Source of the DNA: Dicyema japonicum
Lineage: Eukaryota > Animalia > Dicyemida
Direction of reading: 5' to 3'
Assembly (NCBI GenBank): GCA_011109175.1
Contig: RDEW01000024.1
Location: forward strand, 487,240-551,239
DNA: 64,000 nucleotides
Positions 29,351 to 42,695 of the stretch are shown here, piece by piece. Position 1 is the stretch's first letter, and each line of letters opens with the position of its first letter. The notes below the pieces were generated by a model. That model was not told where the DNA came from, searched no databases, and saw only the letters and a program-made list of their open reading frames with translations. A program made the position numbers and the translations under genes.

Positions 29351-29659
29351 AAGATACTGTACCGCATACCTCATGATTAGCGATTCAAAACAGCTTTTCC
29401 AAAGGATTTCAAAGATAAACTTTCCGTTTACGACGTGGAATTCAACCTTTCCTGGTTGGGACAGAGGTTCGTAATCTCTTTGCTTGCCTTGGACCTCCAG
29501 AATTTGACGTCAAAAGTAGCGTCATGTCTGAGCGGCGCGTTTATTGATTTACCAGTTTTCTAGATGTTAGCGAAACTGTGGGTAATTTAATTTATTCCAG
29601 CGCTTCCCAATTCGTTTGAGTTCGCACCCCAAAAAAATTAGAAAACCAACCTCGCATTT

Positions 29660-29900
29660 CCGATTTTAAATCTCACATAGCCAAGTTGTTGCAAATGGAA
29701 CCAGAACTTGCAGGTATTTTTGCAAGGGTGCGAGCACCCCCAATCGGGAAGCGGTGTGTATGGTGAGTAGTTGTAAAGTGACCCTTCTTAAAACCATATT
29801 GGAAGGTTACGTCTTGAAGATAAGGTTTAATCGATCGAGAATGAGCTTTTCTAAAATTTTTTAAGAGGCACACATAAGAGATATTTGTCTGAAGAGGCCG
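29660..29900 (-). mobile_element. I/jockey RT fragment
   Basis: IKPYLQDVTFQYGFKKGHFTT; matches 1800-1870. Confidence 0.6.
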
Positions 29901-30409
29901 GTTAGTTTACCGTCCACTCTGTGTTAAAATAGTTTGTAATTTTTATTATTAATAAGCCAAAAATCACCAGGTAAAATTAATTAAAAGGAAAACGCCATCA
30001 AGTGATCCCGGTTCTCTCAGCAATATTCTCATCTTTTCCCGGTGTTGCTCTCGTGAACCGACACATTTTCGATAACACCGTTCTTCTGACTCACTTATTA
30101 TAAACAGATTTCTTCAGTCCATCTTTGCAAAGAAGTTTAAAGTATGAATTCTCAACCAACCGAAATAATGCTAATTTACAATTTGATAAATTTCTAAGAG
30201 CTTACTACTAGAACTCTTCATAGGCAGGACAGAAACTTTATTTACAAAAAAACAGTTCGTAGGAATAGGAATGAGGCTAAGAAATAAGATTGTTTTTAAC
30301 TTCTTTAAATTGTGTTGAGGTTATTTATTTTTGTTAATTAAAGTTAAATAAATTAAATTTTAATTTTTTTTACATTTAATCAAATTTATTATAAAAAGAC
30401 AAAACATCA

Positions 30410-30775
30410 GTGAGCTGCAGCCCTCATTGCGTGGCTGTTCCCTCTCAGAATTGGGAGCGAAATTCGCTCGAACCGCCAGCGGCGTTCGCAGAGATCTCCA
30501 GTGCATGAGGTGATCCAGTTTTAAAGACGTCCAAAAAACTCTAATGTAGAGGAGGAGTAGGATCTGGAAGTCTCTATAGCAAGCGGAACAAATTAGACAT
30601 TATCGGGAAGGCCGCCGTATTTTTCGAATTTGGTCTTCTCCGCCTTGACGGCTGCAGAGCAGGCACTTGAAGCGAACTCATGAAGATCGCTCGGGGCGAA
30701 CGTGTCTGTACATGTCACGTCCCAAACAAGTGGTTTCCCGGCCTCAAAGGGTAATGTGGTCATCCCGTCCCGTCA
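30410..30775 (-). mobile_element. CRE-clade endonuclease fragment
   Basis: DGMTTLPFEAGKPLVWDVTCTDTFA..AEKTKFEKY..FVPLAIETS..ISLPILRGNS. Confidence 0.8.
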
Positions 30776-31200
30776 GATAAAATAACCAAACAACTTTCAA
30801 ATAAGCGATGAAAAACAATAAAGCAAGATAGTTGATAATAATAAGCATGAGAGATGCCGAATTGAAGAAGGTAGTGGCCAGATATCATAAATAGAGCTGC
30901 ATAATCAAACGATACTGCAAAAAAAGATTTGTCTCAAAATATGCCTGTACAATCGGCATTGACTATTGTGTTGCTAAGTAGTTATATTAATGACTTAGAA
31001 TAATTTTGAAGAACGAAGAAATACGAGCCTACATTTCGACTTTTCTGGTAATCCTATTTATTATGAGGTCCTCACTAGATTTGAATTTTAGCTCAAAAAC
31101 GAATTCTACGAGGAAACACAAGGAGTTCTGCTTGTACACGACACGTCGCCCGCTGAGAGTTTCAAAAAACGTCACACGAGCTCGATATTGCGAAATTTAT

Positions 31201-31515
31201 TTATTTATTAACCCCGGATGCACCGAGAAAGAAGTTAAAGTAAACAACTAATTAAGTGTATCCAGTTTCCACTTCTACAGAAACAGAGTCCATCCGGAAT
31301 CAGCATAAAAGGCGTCCATTACATGCAGTTGTGGAAACCCCTCCAGTGGAGTGGGGAAGAGCAAATGATCCTTTTTAATGCCGGCCTGGCACTGGGCGTC
31401 ACCTAAACAGGTGGATTACATGACGCCACTCTATTTGGAAGAGAGAGGAGGAACAGACAAGCAAGCAGAAAAATTAAACCAATTAACCACGCAGCATCAC
31501 ATGGCGCCACGCGGC
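31201..31515 (-). repeat. Family A SINE-like element, full length
   Basis: Reverse complement runs gccgcgtggcgccatgtg..ctcggtgcatccggggttaataaataa. Confidence 0.92.
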
Positions 31516-31679
31516 AAATCTAATGTTCGGCTAAAACAGGAGGAGGGATGAATGAAACTTTCGACGTAATTTTATATTTTTAGTTATTTTATTAAAAATA
31601 TATATTTTATTTAAATTTAGAATACACTTTATTTAAATTTATATACTTTGTGGATGAAATTATTATATGTCATGTTATC

Positions 31680-31905
31680 CGAATTAAGTCGTGTCCGACC
31701 CTTGGAGATCTCATGAGCCAATTTTCTCCACTCTCCCCGATCTGTCGCAATTTGGAGTAGCCTTGATATAGGCGTTCCCGTGACGTCTTCTACCGTGGAT
31801 AGCCACCGATTCTTCGGTCGACCAGGTCTTCTCTTCCCAGTAATATTGTTCAGCACAATGGTTCTTTCTAGGGAATTTGAGCAGACAACATGCCCAAAGA
31901 AGCCA
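31680..31905 (-). mobile_element. RTE LINE C-terminus
   Basis: FFGHVV..ITGKRRPGRPKNRWLSTVED..ATDRGEWRKL. Confidence 0.8.
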
Positions 31906-32219
31906 ATCTAGATGAAACTATTATGTTTGCAAAAACGGATCAAGTTGTTTCTAATAAAAAATAAGGGATCAATTGAGGCCGTAAAGACTATTAATTGTCT
32001 TACAAATGGAAAAACAGATTATGAAAAGCTCGGAATTAAGCACGATACTACTGCGTATATTAGTTATCTGACTTTAGTGAGGAAATTAACAAAGTCTATA
32101 AAAAGTAGGCAATTCTGTTTCATCCTACAAATGCTGTCTTCCTGGGATGATCCTACTATTCATCTAAGGACTCTCTCGGATGTTACTGTTATTGATATCT
32201 TTTATTACAAACTCAGAGT

Positions 32220-32440
32220 GGACCTTCTACTGACTGTCGAACGGAGAAAGCTGGCTGAGTATTCTGCACTTTGGAATCGATTTCATTTCGTTCCAATACC
32301 CCTTGAGACTTTGGGAGTGGTCAGGTCTGCTACCAGAAATGTTCTCCAAGAGATTACAAGAAAAATCACTTCCAAGTTGAGGAATCCTCATGAGCGGGGA
32401 TTATTCTGAGAAAATGTCCACTCTCTTTTGGAAGCTGGAT
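32220..32440 (+). mobile_element. CRE-clade endonuclease C-terminal fragment
   Basis: ERRKLAEYSAL..FHFVPIPLETLGVV..LQEITRKITSKLRNPHER. Confidence 0.7.
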
Positions 32441-33492
32441 CCAGTCCTTTCCTTTTTTGAGTCTAGTTCTCGTTATATAAAGTTTAAACCACGTGCATGT
32501 ATGAGAAATCACAACCAATCATTATGAATTATTTTTAATTTTTTGCTATTTGACTGGTGTCACTACTATGTTTCATGTCAAAACTCTGAAAAGCCTTTGC
32601 TCTTTTTCTATGGTTGTCTCGAAGTTACCAAACTAGAATTCTTGAACCGTTTACAGTCACTCGAGAAGGTCATTCTGACTTATGTGAATCCACATTTATA
32701 GTAACTCAACACTTTTTGGATAACCTATCTCAATTATTCTACGAAATCTGCTAATATTCAGAAGATACGGCCAGCGCAATATATTTATCAAATTCCTTAC
32801 TTTTTTCCTCAGTCTTGGATGTGGAGAGAAAGCTGTTTATGTTACATAGCAACTTAACCATACTTTCTTTTTCAGAAAAATCCTAAGAGTTCAATAAGAA
32901 TAGAGACGGACTAAAAGATCCTTGTTTTCATTGGTAAGCATCAGTTTTCTGTAAGTTCTTAACATTATGCAGTACCTAGGACATCCCTTCTCAGAATAAC
33001 TTGTAAAGACATGACTCTATTCAGTTGTTGTATCTCGTTGATCTGGAACCTACGGCAGTATCACTATGAATTAGAAACGGAGAAAGAAATAAATGGTAAT
33101 CCAACAAATTGTGAGAGTTCAAGATCATCAACAATGCTCATCCGGATACGCCATTATGTTAACTAGACTGATGAATCAATATTAATTTGTCACCAATTTG
33201 ATCTTCATCAATATACCCCCCGTTGACGAATAATAGACGCTATGTCGACAAAATGACTAAAAGCTCTCACCAAGAAATCCCTGACTATCTTTGAACCAAA
33301 TCTAATTATTATGTACAAAGCTCAACCTGAGGCGAGCAATGCGATGAAATGGGCGAAGGCTAACGACAAGAATAGTCGAAAGCATGGCACAACGAAACCA
33401 TACAGTGTTTACTGGCAAAACTGACATATATTAACTAAATTACTGTGTACAAACAATACATTGAACTATGCATTTCTTACATATATGATAAC

Positions 33493-34110
33493 TGGGACAC
33501 ATTCATCTCTTGGAGAAATGTCTTGGAGATCGAGGCTAGCCGAAAAAGACTGGTAAAAGTAGACTGTTGTGGAATACAAATAGTTTCGTACAGCACATGG
33601 GTTACTTTTATATTTTATTAAAGCTAATGCCATTTACTGTGAGGTAGGGTAGTACAATCAGTGGACAGTACAAGTCGTTCTGCAAAAATCCAATAAATCA
33701 TTTCCACTATGTATCCACTGTATTTATGTAGTCACTCTCAATGAGGCTGCTGAGGTTCAAACATATGACGCATCATAGCTCTGACATATGTAATCACTTT
33801 ATCATCTTTAATTTTTAGTAAGAGGACCCTCAGGATTTGTTTGAAATTTAGTGAAATCAGACATTAACGTATAATTTTTTAATAAGCATTACCGATTTCG
33901 GGTATATGGATAACGCAAGCAAACATATACAACAAATTGAAACATTTATCCAAACTACTTCACAAAAATATTAATAAGACAAATCAAATAGTGGTGAACA
34001 ATCCATAAACATTTTTGATAACAGTCTTCAACACTATATGATGAATACTATCTAGAGTGTGCTGGAATCACGTGATTAGTTAGTTCGTGTAACCGTCTGG
34101 TGTTATTATT
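33493..34110 (+). mobile_element. Family B LINE 3' end whose interior is replaced by ~500 bp of unrelated sequence
   Basis: 33493-33553 matches the family B left part and 34052-34110 matches its right end and tail; the middle does not match. Confidence 0.55.
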
Positions 34111-34249
34111 ACAAACGACCTCAGGCTTTGGTTGTTTTTTTAAACCGTTATTTGATATACAGTCCGACCCGTTTCGGGGCATTTTTCATTTGGAGTCTAT
34201 TTCCAGCATTAATTTCAAATTTGGAAATTTTCTAGAGGCACAAAGTATT

Positions 34250-34600
34250 TGAAATATTTCAGAAACTCAGAGACATAATTTTCCAATATCAGAGCCAATC
34301 ATTAAAAAATAGGTTTAAAAATTGGATTACAGTACTTCTATGTTGAAAGAATTACAGTACTTCTATGTTGCAATTATGAGGGTGAAAAACTTGAACCATT
34401 GCTTATTGGAAATATAATAAACCTCGCTGTTTCAAAATTTAGATTTTAATCGAATTTTTATGTCTTCAGGATATCGAAAGTGATCTTAAAGAACGACTTT
34501 CAAAACTAAACTTCGTTATATTGTAATGCTGGTTTTCAAAAAGTTGGAATGAAGTAACAGAAATTTCAATCACAGATTGTTGGAAACAAATTGAAAAAAA
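34250..34600 (+). mobile_element. pogo/Tigger transposase remnant
   Basis: CCNYEGEKLEPLLIG..KPRCFK; KSWNEVTEISITDCWK. Confidence 0.7.
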
Positions 34601-35196
34601 TCGTGATGTCTTAAATATTTATGATCGCTTAACTGATGAATTAATGACCGAAGCTGTAAAAGAAATATTAACCGAGGCTGATGATGAAGAATCTATTGAA
34701 TGCGACAAATTTATCTATAATGGAGATATAGCTGAAACGAAAAGTGACAGATAAACAAATTCTGGAAACTTTAAATACTCTGGAACAGAACATTTTCTGC
34801 ATAAAACGTTTTTAAATTAAATTAAATGTTCAATTCCCGACGAATCTTAAAATACTTTAAAATTGATCTCCAAACTGGAGATCTCCAAACACTTCTCTGT
34901 GTTGAAGACATTTCATAACGCTGGAATGGTTCTGAATTACAGTGTTATGAACGGTGGTATTGCATGAAAACTCGAAACTACCGGTTCCTGGTTCAGAGGA
35001 GCATCTTATTATATATTCCTCAGTCTCGTATGTGGAGAGAAAGCTGTTTATTCCTGTCTGCCTTAGCCAAAAAAAGATACGTCAAGAAACTGCCCTTCTT
35101 CTCTAAGGTGGAAGATAACTAACTTGGGCATCTCTGATGTAAATGATTTTCTGTTTCTACCAATGTTGCGATAACGACTGTCGATGCTTAATCAAC

Positions 35197-38100
35197 TATT
35201 TAACAATAAAATATTATTTATTATAATAATGGGAAGAGCGGCTGCTGACATTAAGGAGTAAGCGTTTCCGCGGACAACTGCAATCCCAATTCGTTGCCTC
35301 AGCAGTTTCACGTATGTCAAAAGATCTTTGGTGTGACACATGAGATGCATCTCTGTCTACATCACACGTAAATAATATTCACGTGAAGTGTGAAAAGAAA
35401 CTAAGTGTATTAAAAAGTGAATTTGAAAGATTGGTACTCATCCGGTCCTGATGAACATGTACGGAAAGTACATAAAGCCATGTTTCTTATATGCATGGTC
35501 TCATGGGAACCGTCCATATCCTAATAAATATGAGTAGATATTTAAGTCTATTTTTATCATTAAAAATGTTAATTAACTTCAGATAGTACTAGGAAAGATA
35601 TTAAAACAGTAAACAAAGTAATCTAAAAAACTCTCTGATTTATTCGATAAATTTTAAATATTTTGTAAAATGATCCAAATACCTGCAAAAATCGACAGAA
35701 ATAATGTAGAATTATTAGTAGGGCGGAAATTGTCCAAAAACTCGTACATACTTACAAGAACACCTAAAGGAATTTTATGACAAAAATCCTCTAAGATAGT
35801 AAAATCATCTAAACAATACTACATCGATCAACATCTAATAATACAATGTCAAAAAGTAGAGACCACTAAACTTATTCTTAATAAAGATATCAAAGAAAAA
35901 CTTGATATCTTTTTGGTTAAGCATTTTTAAATGCCGATATTCCACTTCACAAATCAGGGAATAGTTACATAAAATGCTATTTGATCATGCTAATTGAGCA
36001 CAGAGACAGAATGAAGGTTTCTGATGGAGATTACACCTCTGCTACTTCTCGACTTGTGGAACTGACAGGACACTCACTGGACTCTGACAGAAATATTTTG
36101 ACTGACTTGGAGATGAGGAATAACAGGGAGTTGATAGCATACTCTCTATGTGGAAAGGGATTACATTATCTGAATTAAATCCGCTTAATTAGATAATTTA
36201 CTTATTTTACTTTGTTAAAAGGGATTACCATTTTTAATAGTTAATTAAATTTTAATAGCTCTTTTGTCGTACCACAGTTCGTCAGCAGTGGTCAATTTAG
36301 AGGCATGCCGCTATCAACGGGGTTGTGAAGCGCTCTTTTTAGGCGGCAAAATTCCCGTAATCTGTGAATCGGTGGGCCTGGATCATGAAGACGGGAACCG
36401 AATAACTGGCTTTCTTTTCTCTCGGGGAAATGCTTGATTTGGGATGAGGCCTGCACCAACAACTTTTCCAGTAGAGACTTCTGGTTCCGCGTTAAAAGCT
36501 GAAGGGCTGCTTGAACTTTCGAGAATTTCAATAAAAGAAAATACGACAGCCTCTCCACCAGATTCCACGTACGGACCGTAGTCGTCGAAACGAGTTGAGT
36601 CTTCAAGAACAAAACGGTCACTTTTCTAACATCACTTGAATCAATGATATCGAAAGTGACTAATGAACGTCAGGAAGCTGAACGCTGTTCCAAAGGATTT
36701 CTCTGGCAGTTATAAGGACAACAGTCAATCCATAGTTTTTTTTAAATTAATCAATATGAAAAAATTAAATTCATAATTAAAACTAAATAAAAAACTACAA
36801 ATTAATTATAAATTATAATAATTAGTTAATCATAAACAGCAGTACATCGATCGTAGTTTGCGCGAAAATTTCTTCCCCTAAAATTACAAACAATTAGAAT
36901 ACTTGAATGTATTCATCGGGATTAAACTTTCTGTCACGAATCGACTTAAAATTAAAACTCTGAATATTATTTTATGAATTCTACTTTGAAAAAAGGATGT
37001 TTAAGTACATCATCATCATTTAAAATCCTAGTCTATCGTGAGGAGATTTAATTAATAACTGAGATTCAACAAATTCTAAACCTTTGATATTAAATTCTAC
37101 ATTTCACATTCGACATCAAAGGGAAGCGAGGATTGTGATGTAGAATATCCCAGTAAAGTTCGCGAGTATTCGTTTTAAAATACGGAAGCTAAAATTAATA
37201 AAGTAAACTATACTTTTCCAAAGTACATGTAATAAATTATTATACCAAGGGACCACCAATCCGCACTATAGGAAATTTTATTGTATCTCAGTATTTCGGG
37301 AGAAAAATAGTGAGGTGATCCATAGTTTGAATGACAAAATGATTTACGACTGTCGTTCATTTTACTCAAATGAAAATTAGTTATTTTCACATAACCGTCA
37401 GTCCCCAACATTAGATTCTGTAACTTAAGATCGCTAAAATTTACAAAAGTAAAAACCTATGGATGATCTTGTTAGCATGCAAGAACTCTACTCCAAGAGC
37501 TACACAGGCTGAGTAAAACTTTATTTGTCTATAAGAGAAGCGTTGTTTTTGCATTAAACGTTCTAAATCACCCATCTGCATGTACTTCATTGGAAGGAAG
37601 AGATTAGACTAACAATTAATAGAATCCCAACATTATCAAAATAATATGACTTTAGGTGGACAAAAAATATATTATTTGTTCTTGTGACTAAATCAAATAC
37701 TTTCACTTCATTTATTATTCTTTGCAAGTTGACTGAAGCCATAAGACTATGAAGTCTCACTGCGCATTTGTTTAGGTTTTTATCTTTGCACAAATCAACC
37801 TATTTATTAATATAATGTGACTTTTCCAAATGATCCATTTCCAATTTCTTTATTATCGTGTAATCCGTTGGGTTTGATCTAATTGGATATATTATATTGT
37901 TTACCTCTCAATTTGCAAATTTTCTTCGTTCAATAAGTTCTTCAAAGTTACAATCAGACTATTTTCCATATTTCGGAAATATTTGCTTTTTCGTATTTAT
38001 AGTCAAGGCATTTGTTTTTATTACTAATTATTTGTTTAGTCACAGATAAATTTTCCACGTATTTTATTTCATTTCCTATTGTCAATCGTCTAACACAAGT

Positions 38101-39201
38101 TTACTAAAAAAAATAATCGATTACTTGCCATCAAAAAGGTATCAAAAGGATCCCAAGACGTTGAGGTCATCGTCTAAAACAGGAGGAGTGAGTCAAGATT
38201 GGGGACATATAATTATTTTACAAAAACGTCTACTTAGCCTTTGTTTCCATTCACATGGCATGAAAGTGATTGACTTATGAAACATCGGAAATCTGGTGTT
38301 CGGAAGAACGGAAAGTCAGACAACGTAAGACAAAAGAATGGAGAGATATTCTCATATCTTCTGATTTAGGAAACTAGAAATTCAGCAATCTAATCGATAT
38401 TCTTTTTACAGAAAAAATTGTTTTTTAATAGTTCGATTAATGAATTAAATAAATTAAAATAAATATTGTTGAAAAATTATTTAATTTTATCCAATAAAAA
38501 TTTCATTAAAAATTTGAAAAAAGTGAAATTTAATTCCCAATTTTATGAGAATTGTCGTTTGTATTTTTAAATTTAGCATTTTAGTTAATTTCATCATTTC
38601 TCTCAAAATATTCTTCCTAGACACCTTTTCTCAAATTACAGCAAGATATTTATAATTATTTTCATGAATGGAGCCCCTTTACCGAAGACTACCATCATTA
38701 TTATCGTCACTTCTATTTTGGGGATCATTGGTGTAATGTTACTCGGGGATTTATTTACTCTGAATATCGTAAAAGAATGCGTGTATTCTAATCACTAATT
38801 TAAAGGGCAGCATTAACAGCCAACCTATTTAATTTCACTTCCTTGATTGACTAACAAATTTAATGAGAATGGGTTTATAATTAATTGTTTACGCATGTTC
38901 TGATTTTGAAAGTTCTCATAAGGTGGGGAAAACCTGATTTTGATAGTTCTCATAAGTCTTGAGTCAATATTCTGTAACCATAAGGTCTTACTTAGACAGT
39001 TATAACGGCTGATCGGTAGAACGAACAGACTTTTCATTTCAAAGGCTAAGGAGACAGGTTCAGAGTGGTCTATTAACGGAGGAAGAATTCTCCAAAATGA
39101 GATTTAAAAAATCAATTCGGCCATTGAAAACGTTTGGTTGGTCTTTTATTTAAGTTAAATTCAGCAATGATAAATCGATAACTCTTTTCTAGAAAATAGT
39201 T
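35197..39201. repeat. Right arm of the ~4 kb inverted segmental duplication
   Basis: Reverse complement of 22551-26517. Confidence 0.95.
36830..37969 (-). CDS. AGC-family pseudokinase, copy 2; 8 introns; three 1-nt homopolymer deletions
   Basis: Same exon structure as copy 1; CAVR, HSDLKLQN, ITNFHLS, ends MYCCL*; indels at ~37850, ~37100 and ~37022, none shared with copy 1. Confidence 0.82.
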
Positions 39202-39399
39202 AAAATCTGTCAACTTTTTTGATCACTGGAGAGAAATGATTGTATGTCTTTATAATTTACTGTCATGTGCCTCGTATAAAACGTGTGGCATTTGGAAGTA
39301 GACCTACACTTTCCATATCTTCACGGGAGGACCAGTGAGGAAGGCCTGTGCTGTTGCGGAGACGTTGATGCAAACCCTGGACCAATCAGAATAGCCCGA

Positions 39400-40260
39400 C
39401 TCAAATATAACTGAAATCAAAAACAAGGTACTCTAACTTCAAGCGTTTTTTAAAGAACATCAAATCGACATGTTGTTAATTCTAGAATCTCACTTTCCGC
39501 CAAGAATTCAACACCTTTAGTGCCGGGATTCACAGTAATTCGTCGTGACAGACCTGAGAAACGTTATGGGGGCATTCGACGTAAAGATAAACCTTCATCC
39601 ATTTCTATCTCACTGTCATCTCCATCCTTGGCCCCTCTTATTAACTACTCAGTGAAATATATGACACCAGGAGTAACCACAATCCAATTTTTTGAAAGTC
39701 AAAACGAGGTCACGGATAACAGGACACTGCCTTGCGAACTGGAGAGGATTCAAAAATTACGTAAAAACTTGCATTGGACTCTTGAATTTCCCCACTTCTC
39801 CCTCCGTCGAACAATTAGTGAAATGGTTCAACTCCACCATAAACGCTGCGAAAAGAGAAGTAGATTCCAATGGAGAAGCCCTACGTCATCAAAACGTTTC
39901 AACACAACGACGATTTATTTAATCAGAGAACGAAAAATCTAAGGATGGTGAAATCGCCAACAGAAGAGAACATCAGGAAAATACGAGAACTGTACAGAGA
40001 CATCGACAAGAACATAAAGGCAGAAAATGCAAATAGATGGACGAGACTATCAAAGTCTCTCTGCAGTAATTCCCAATGAGAAGAGCTGTACAGGTTTCTC
40101 GAGCCCGCCGGACTCGTCTTCTCCATTGACGGTCTGGATCACTTAATTAGTTGAGAACTTTTCCATACTAAGACCCCAATCCGAACAGTGGATACCCAAC
40201 TTCCCCAATTTGTCATTGTGTACTCCTTCCCTTGCCGGATATCTTTTATGGGATGTTCGT
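39400..40260 (+). mobile_element. I/jockey LINE endonuclease and linker remnant
   Basis: HQIDMLLILESH..PGFTVIRRDRPEKRYGG; VKWFNSTINAAKR. Confidence 0.65.
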
Positions 40261-40859
40261 TACGGTTTTATAATTATTATCGGGCCTCGCTGTGGAAGAC
40301 TTCCCTGTTGACAAGGCCACCAAGATATTAACTTCAGTTTTTTGGTAAGCGGACAGAATTTCCATTCCATTATCGTCTTACAAAACATTCAATTCTAAAC
40401 TATTTTGGTAATTCTGGTAATTGTCTACAAACGAGATGCCATTAAAAAAATCAGATGGGTCTATACTGTTAGAAAAAAACAAAAATCAATCAAAAATAAT
40501 CCCCGCCGACATAATCGACGTTATGTTGACTTTTTGGATTACAACAGAAATCTACTGGAAAGGCCACCGAGTCTCTCATGCGTCGTCGTGGCTATTTAAT
40601 GTATCCAGGGTTCCAGTTTTTTAGAAAAAGATTCCACTCGTTGTCCCAACTACTATGAGGCAGAACTAGTACAGATGAACCAGCACGTAGTATTTTTTCT
40701 CTTTGGGTTTCATTTCTTTATTCACGGCATAAATATAAAATTAAAAGTGAAAATGGTATTTATTCAACTATGACGAATTATAAGATTGGATCACACACAG
40801 CCAAAAAAACTTAAATAACCTAACAAAATACTATTCTAAAATCCCATAAGGACCATAAG

Positions 40860-41625
40860 AAGTCGTATATATCCCGAAAAATCTCAGTAAACCGAAAAAG
40901 GATCCGGATATGATTCACGTCAATGAAAACGACGTGAGAAATGTATTGAAAAAATTAAAACAACCTATTCTAACGGACCGGATAAGATCCCAATGATCCT
41001 TCTAAAGAATCTTGGAACTATGGAATCGCTGCATTAACGAGGATATTCAACAATTCTATAAACAAAATTGTATTCCAGCTTTATGGAAGCTTCCCCACCT
41101 ACGTCCAATTTTGAAACCCGAAAAAGTGAAGAAGGACCCGGCTTCATACAGACCGATTATTGTGTTCGGTGTTGAAAATTCTGGAAAGGCTGGTTCCTGC
41201 GAAAATCAAAAATTTCCTCACGGATTGATCATTTCAACATGGTTTTAATGGAAGAGATCTACTTCGACCCACTTACTATTTTGAGCACAACGGAAATCAT
41301 ACTGTTTTGAGCAGTATATACAAACAATTCACTGAACCATGCATCTCTTACGTATGTTGTATATGGGACTCATTCATTTCTTGACAAATGTCTTGAAGAT
41401 CGAGGCTAGTCGAAAAAGAGTCTCCAAAATCACGGAACACTTAATATCTGAAGAGTTCCAGCCACCAATGCCTCTTGAAGCCATGATACGAATGATCCAT
41501 GAAACGCGTCGTCGTGACTGCGAATATTTAGTCACTCAACCGATCGGGCCAAGATGAGGTCCCTGCTAGAGCGTGCTGGGATCACGTGATTAGTTAGTTT
41601 GTGTAACCGTGGTTTATGGTATTAA
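40860..41625 (+). mobile_element. I/jockey LINE RT fragment joined to a family B 3' end (41365-41625)
   Basis: GPDKIPMILLKNLG, IPALWK..KPEKVKKDPASYRPI; ends KMRSLLERAGIT* plus UTR and tail. Confidence 0.7.
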
Positions 41626-41699
41626 TATTATTAAACCCAAAAATGCTAAATTGAATCTATAACTTTTAAAGACAATTATTTAACAAAGAAACAAATGTT

Positions 41700-42110
41700 A
41701 GTTGAGGAAGCCGACTGCGTGGATCGCGAACGAGTTCCCTCAGAGATGGCATTCCAATCTTTTGTTTCAGCCATCACTCTTTTCGTTGATCCCTTTTTTT
41801 CTGGCAAGCATTCCTCCGAGTTCGCGAAGAACACTTATTGAACCAACGGCTCCCGATGACTCGCCCGCAATAGGAGTAAATCGGTACCGGTCCAGAAGCA
41901 AGAATATTTCATGATTTTTAGATTTTCCGCGGTCGAAGCAGCTGCTCCAGGTGTCTGAACCGATTTGAAAAAATTCGTGCTTGAAAATGTGTCAACACAA
42001 GCGTCCCAGACCAAAGATCTTCCGGATGTGTAAGGGAAAAGGGTCATCCCTCATCTCTTTCCATCTCCTCTATCGAGACCCACTGGTTCAAGCTGTGATG
42101 GGACAACCTA
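41700..42110 (-). mobile_element. CRE-clade endonuclease 3' fragment, near-identical to 47072-47480
   Basis: MTLFPYTSGRSLVWDACVDTFSSTNFFKSVQTPGAAASTAENLK. Confidence 0.85.
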
Positions 42111-42695
42111 ACTTTTAAAAGGATAAAACATTTTTAAAAATTTTTATATAATTTAACTAATAATGAAAAACTCAAACTTTCCTTTAAAAATAAAATTTTA
42201 TTTGAAAAAATTGTCAAAGTGGACTGAACCCAAGAAGAACGTCTGCTTGTCCTTCTTTCGGATCCGAACAGATGACAGTCATGTCATCGGACGTCATTAA
42301 GCCAAAAAAACTAATATTTATTTTATCTAAAAAACCATCGAGATTATACTGTCAGAATTTATCAGAGAAGAAATAAAAAAATTACACATCTTTACGTCTT
42401 ATTTTCTATTTTACAAAACTGCACTCTGCTTCTTAAGGGTATGTTAGAATATTATTCGATTATTATTTTTTTGAATAATAAATAATTTTTTATAAAAAAC
42501 ATAGACTGAAATAAAAATAATAGGAATAAAATATTTAATTTTTTATTACATTAATTCTGTTAAACCTCACAAAACCAGAGGCAAATTTAAAAATGAAATA
42601 AAATATGTAGTAAACTTAACCATGACTAATCAAATAATTTCTAATGTAAATTAATTAAATAAGTATAAATAAAAATTAAAAGTTAAATATTTATT

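Noticed and set aside
35448-35505. Hammerhead-ribozyme-like motif CTGATGA + atgtac/gtacat stem + ccatg/catgg stem (also mirrored near 26215-26270)
   Set aside because: The GAAA core is missing (AAA only), and the sequence is LINE coding DNA (HPVLMNMYGKYIKPCF) whose relative at 61500-61580 does not keep the stems
22551-39201. Giant TIR/foldback transposon capturing RPS4 and METAP1
   Set aside because: No TSD, no terminal motif, no cognate transposase; the arms contain an ordinary gene and TE debris
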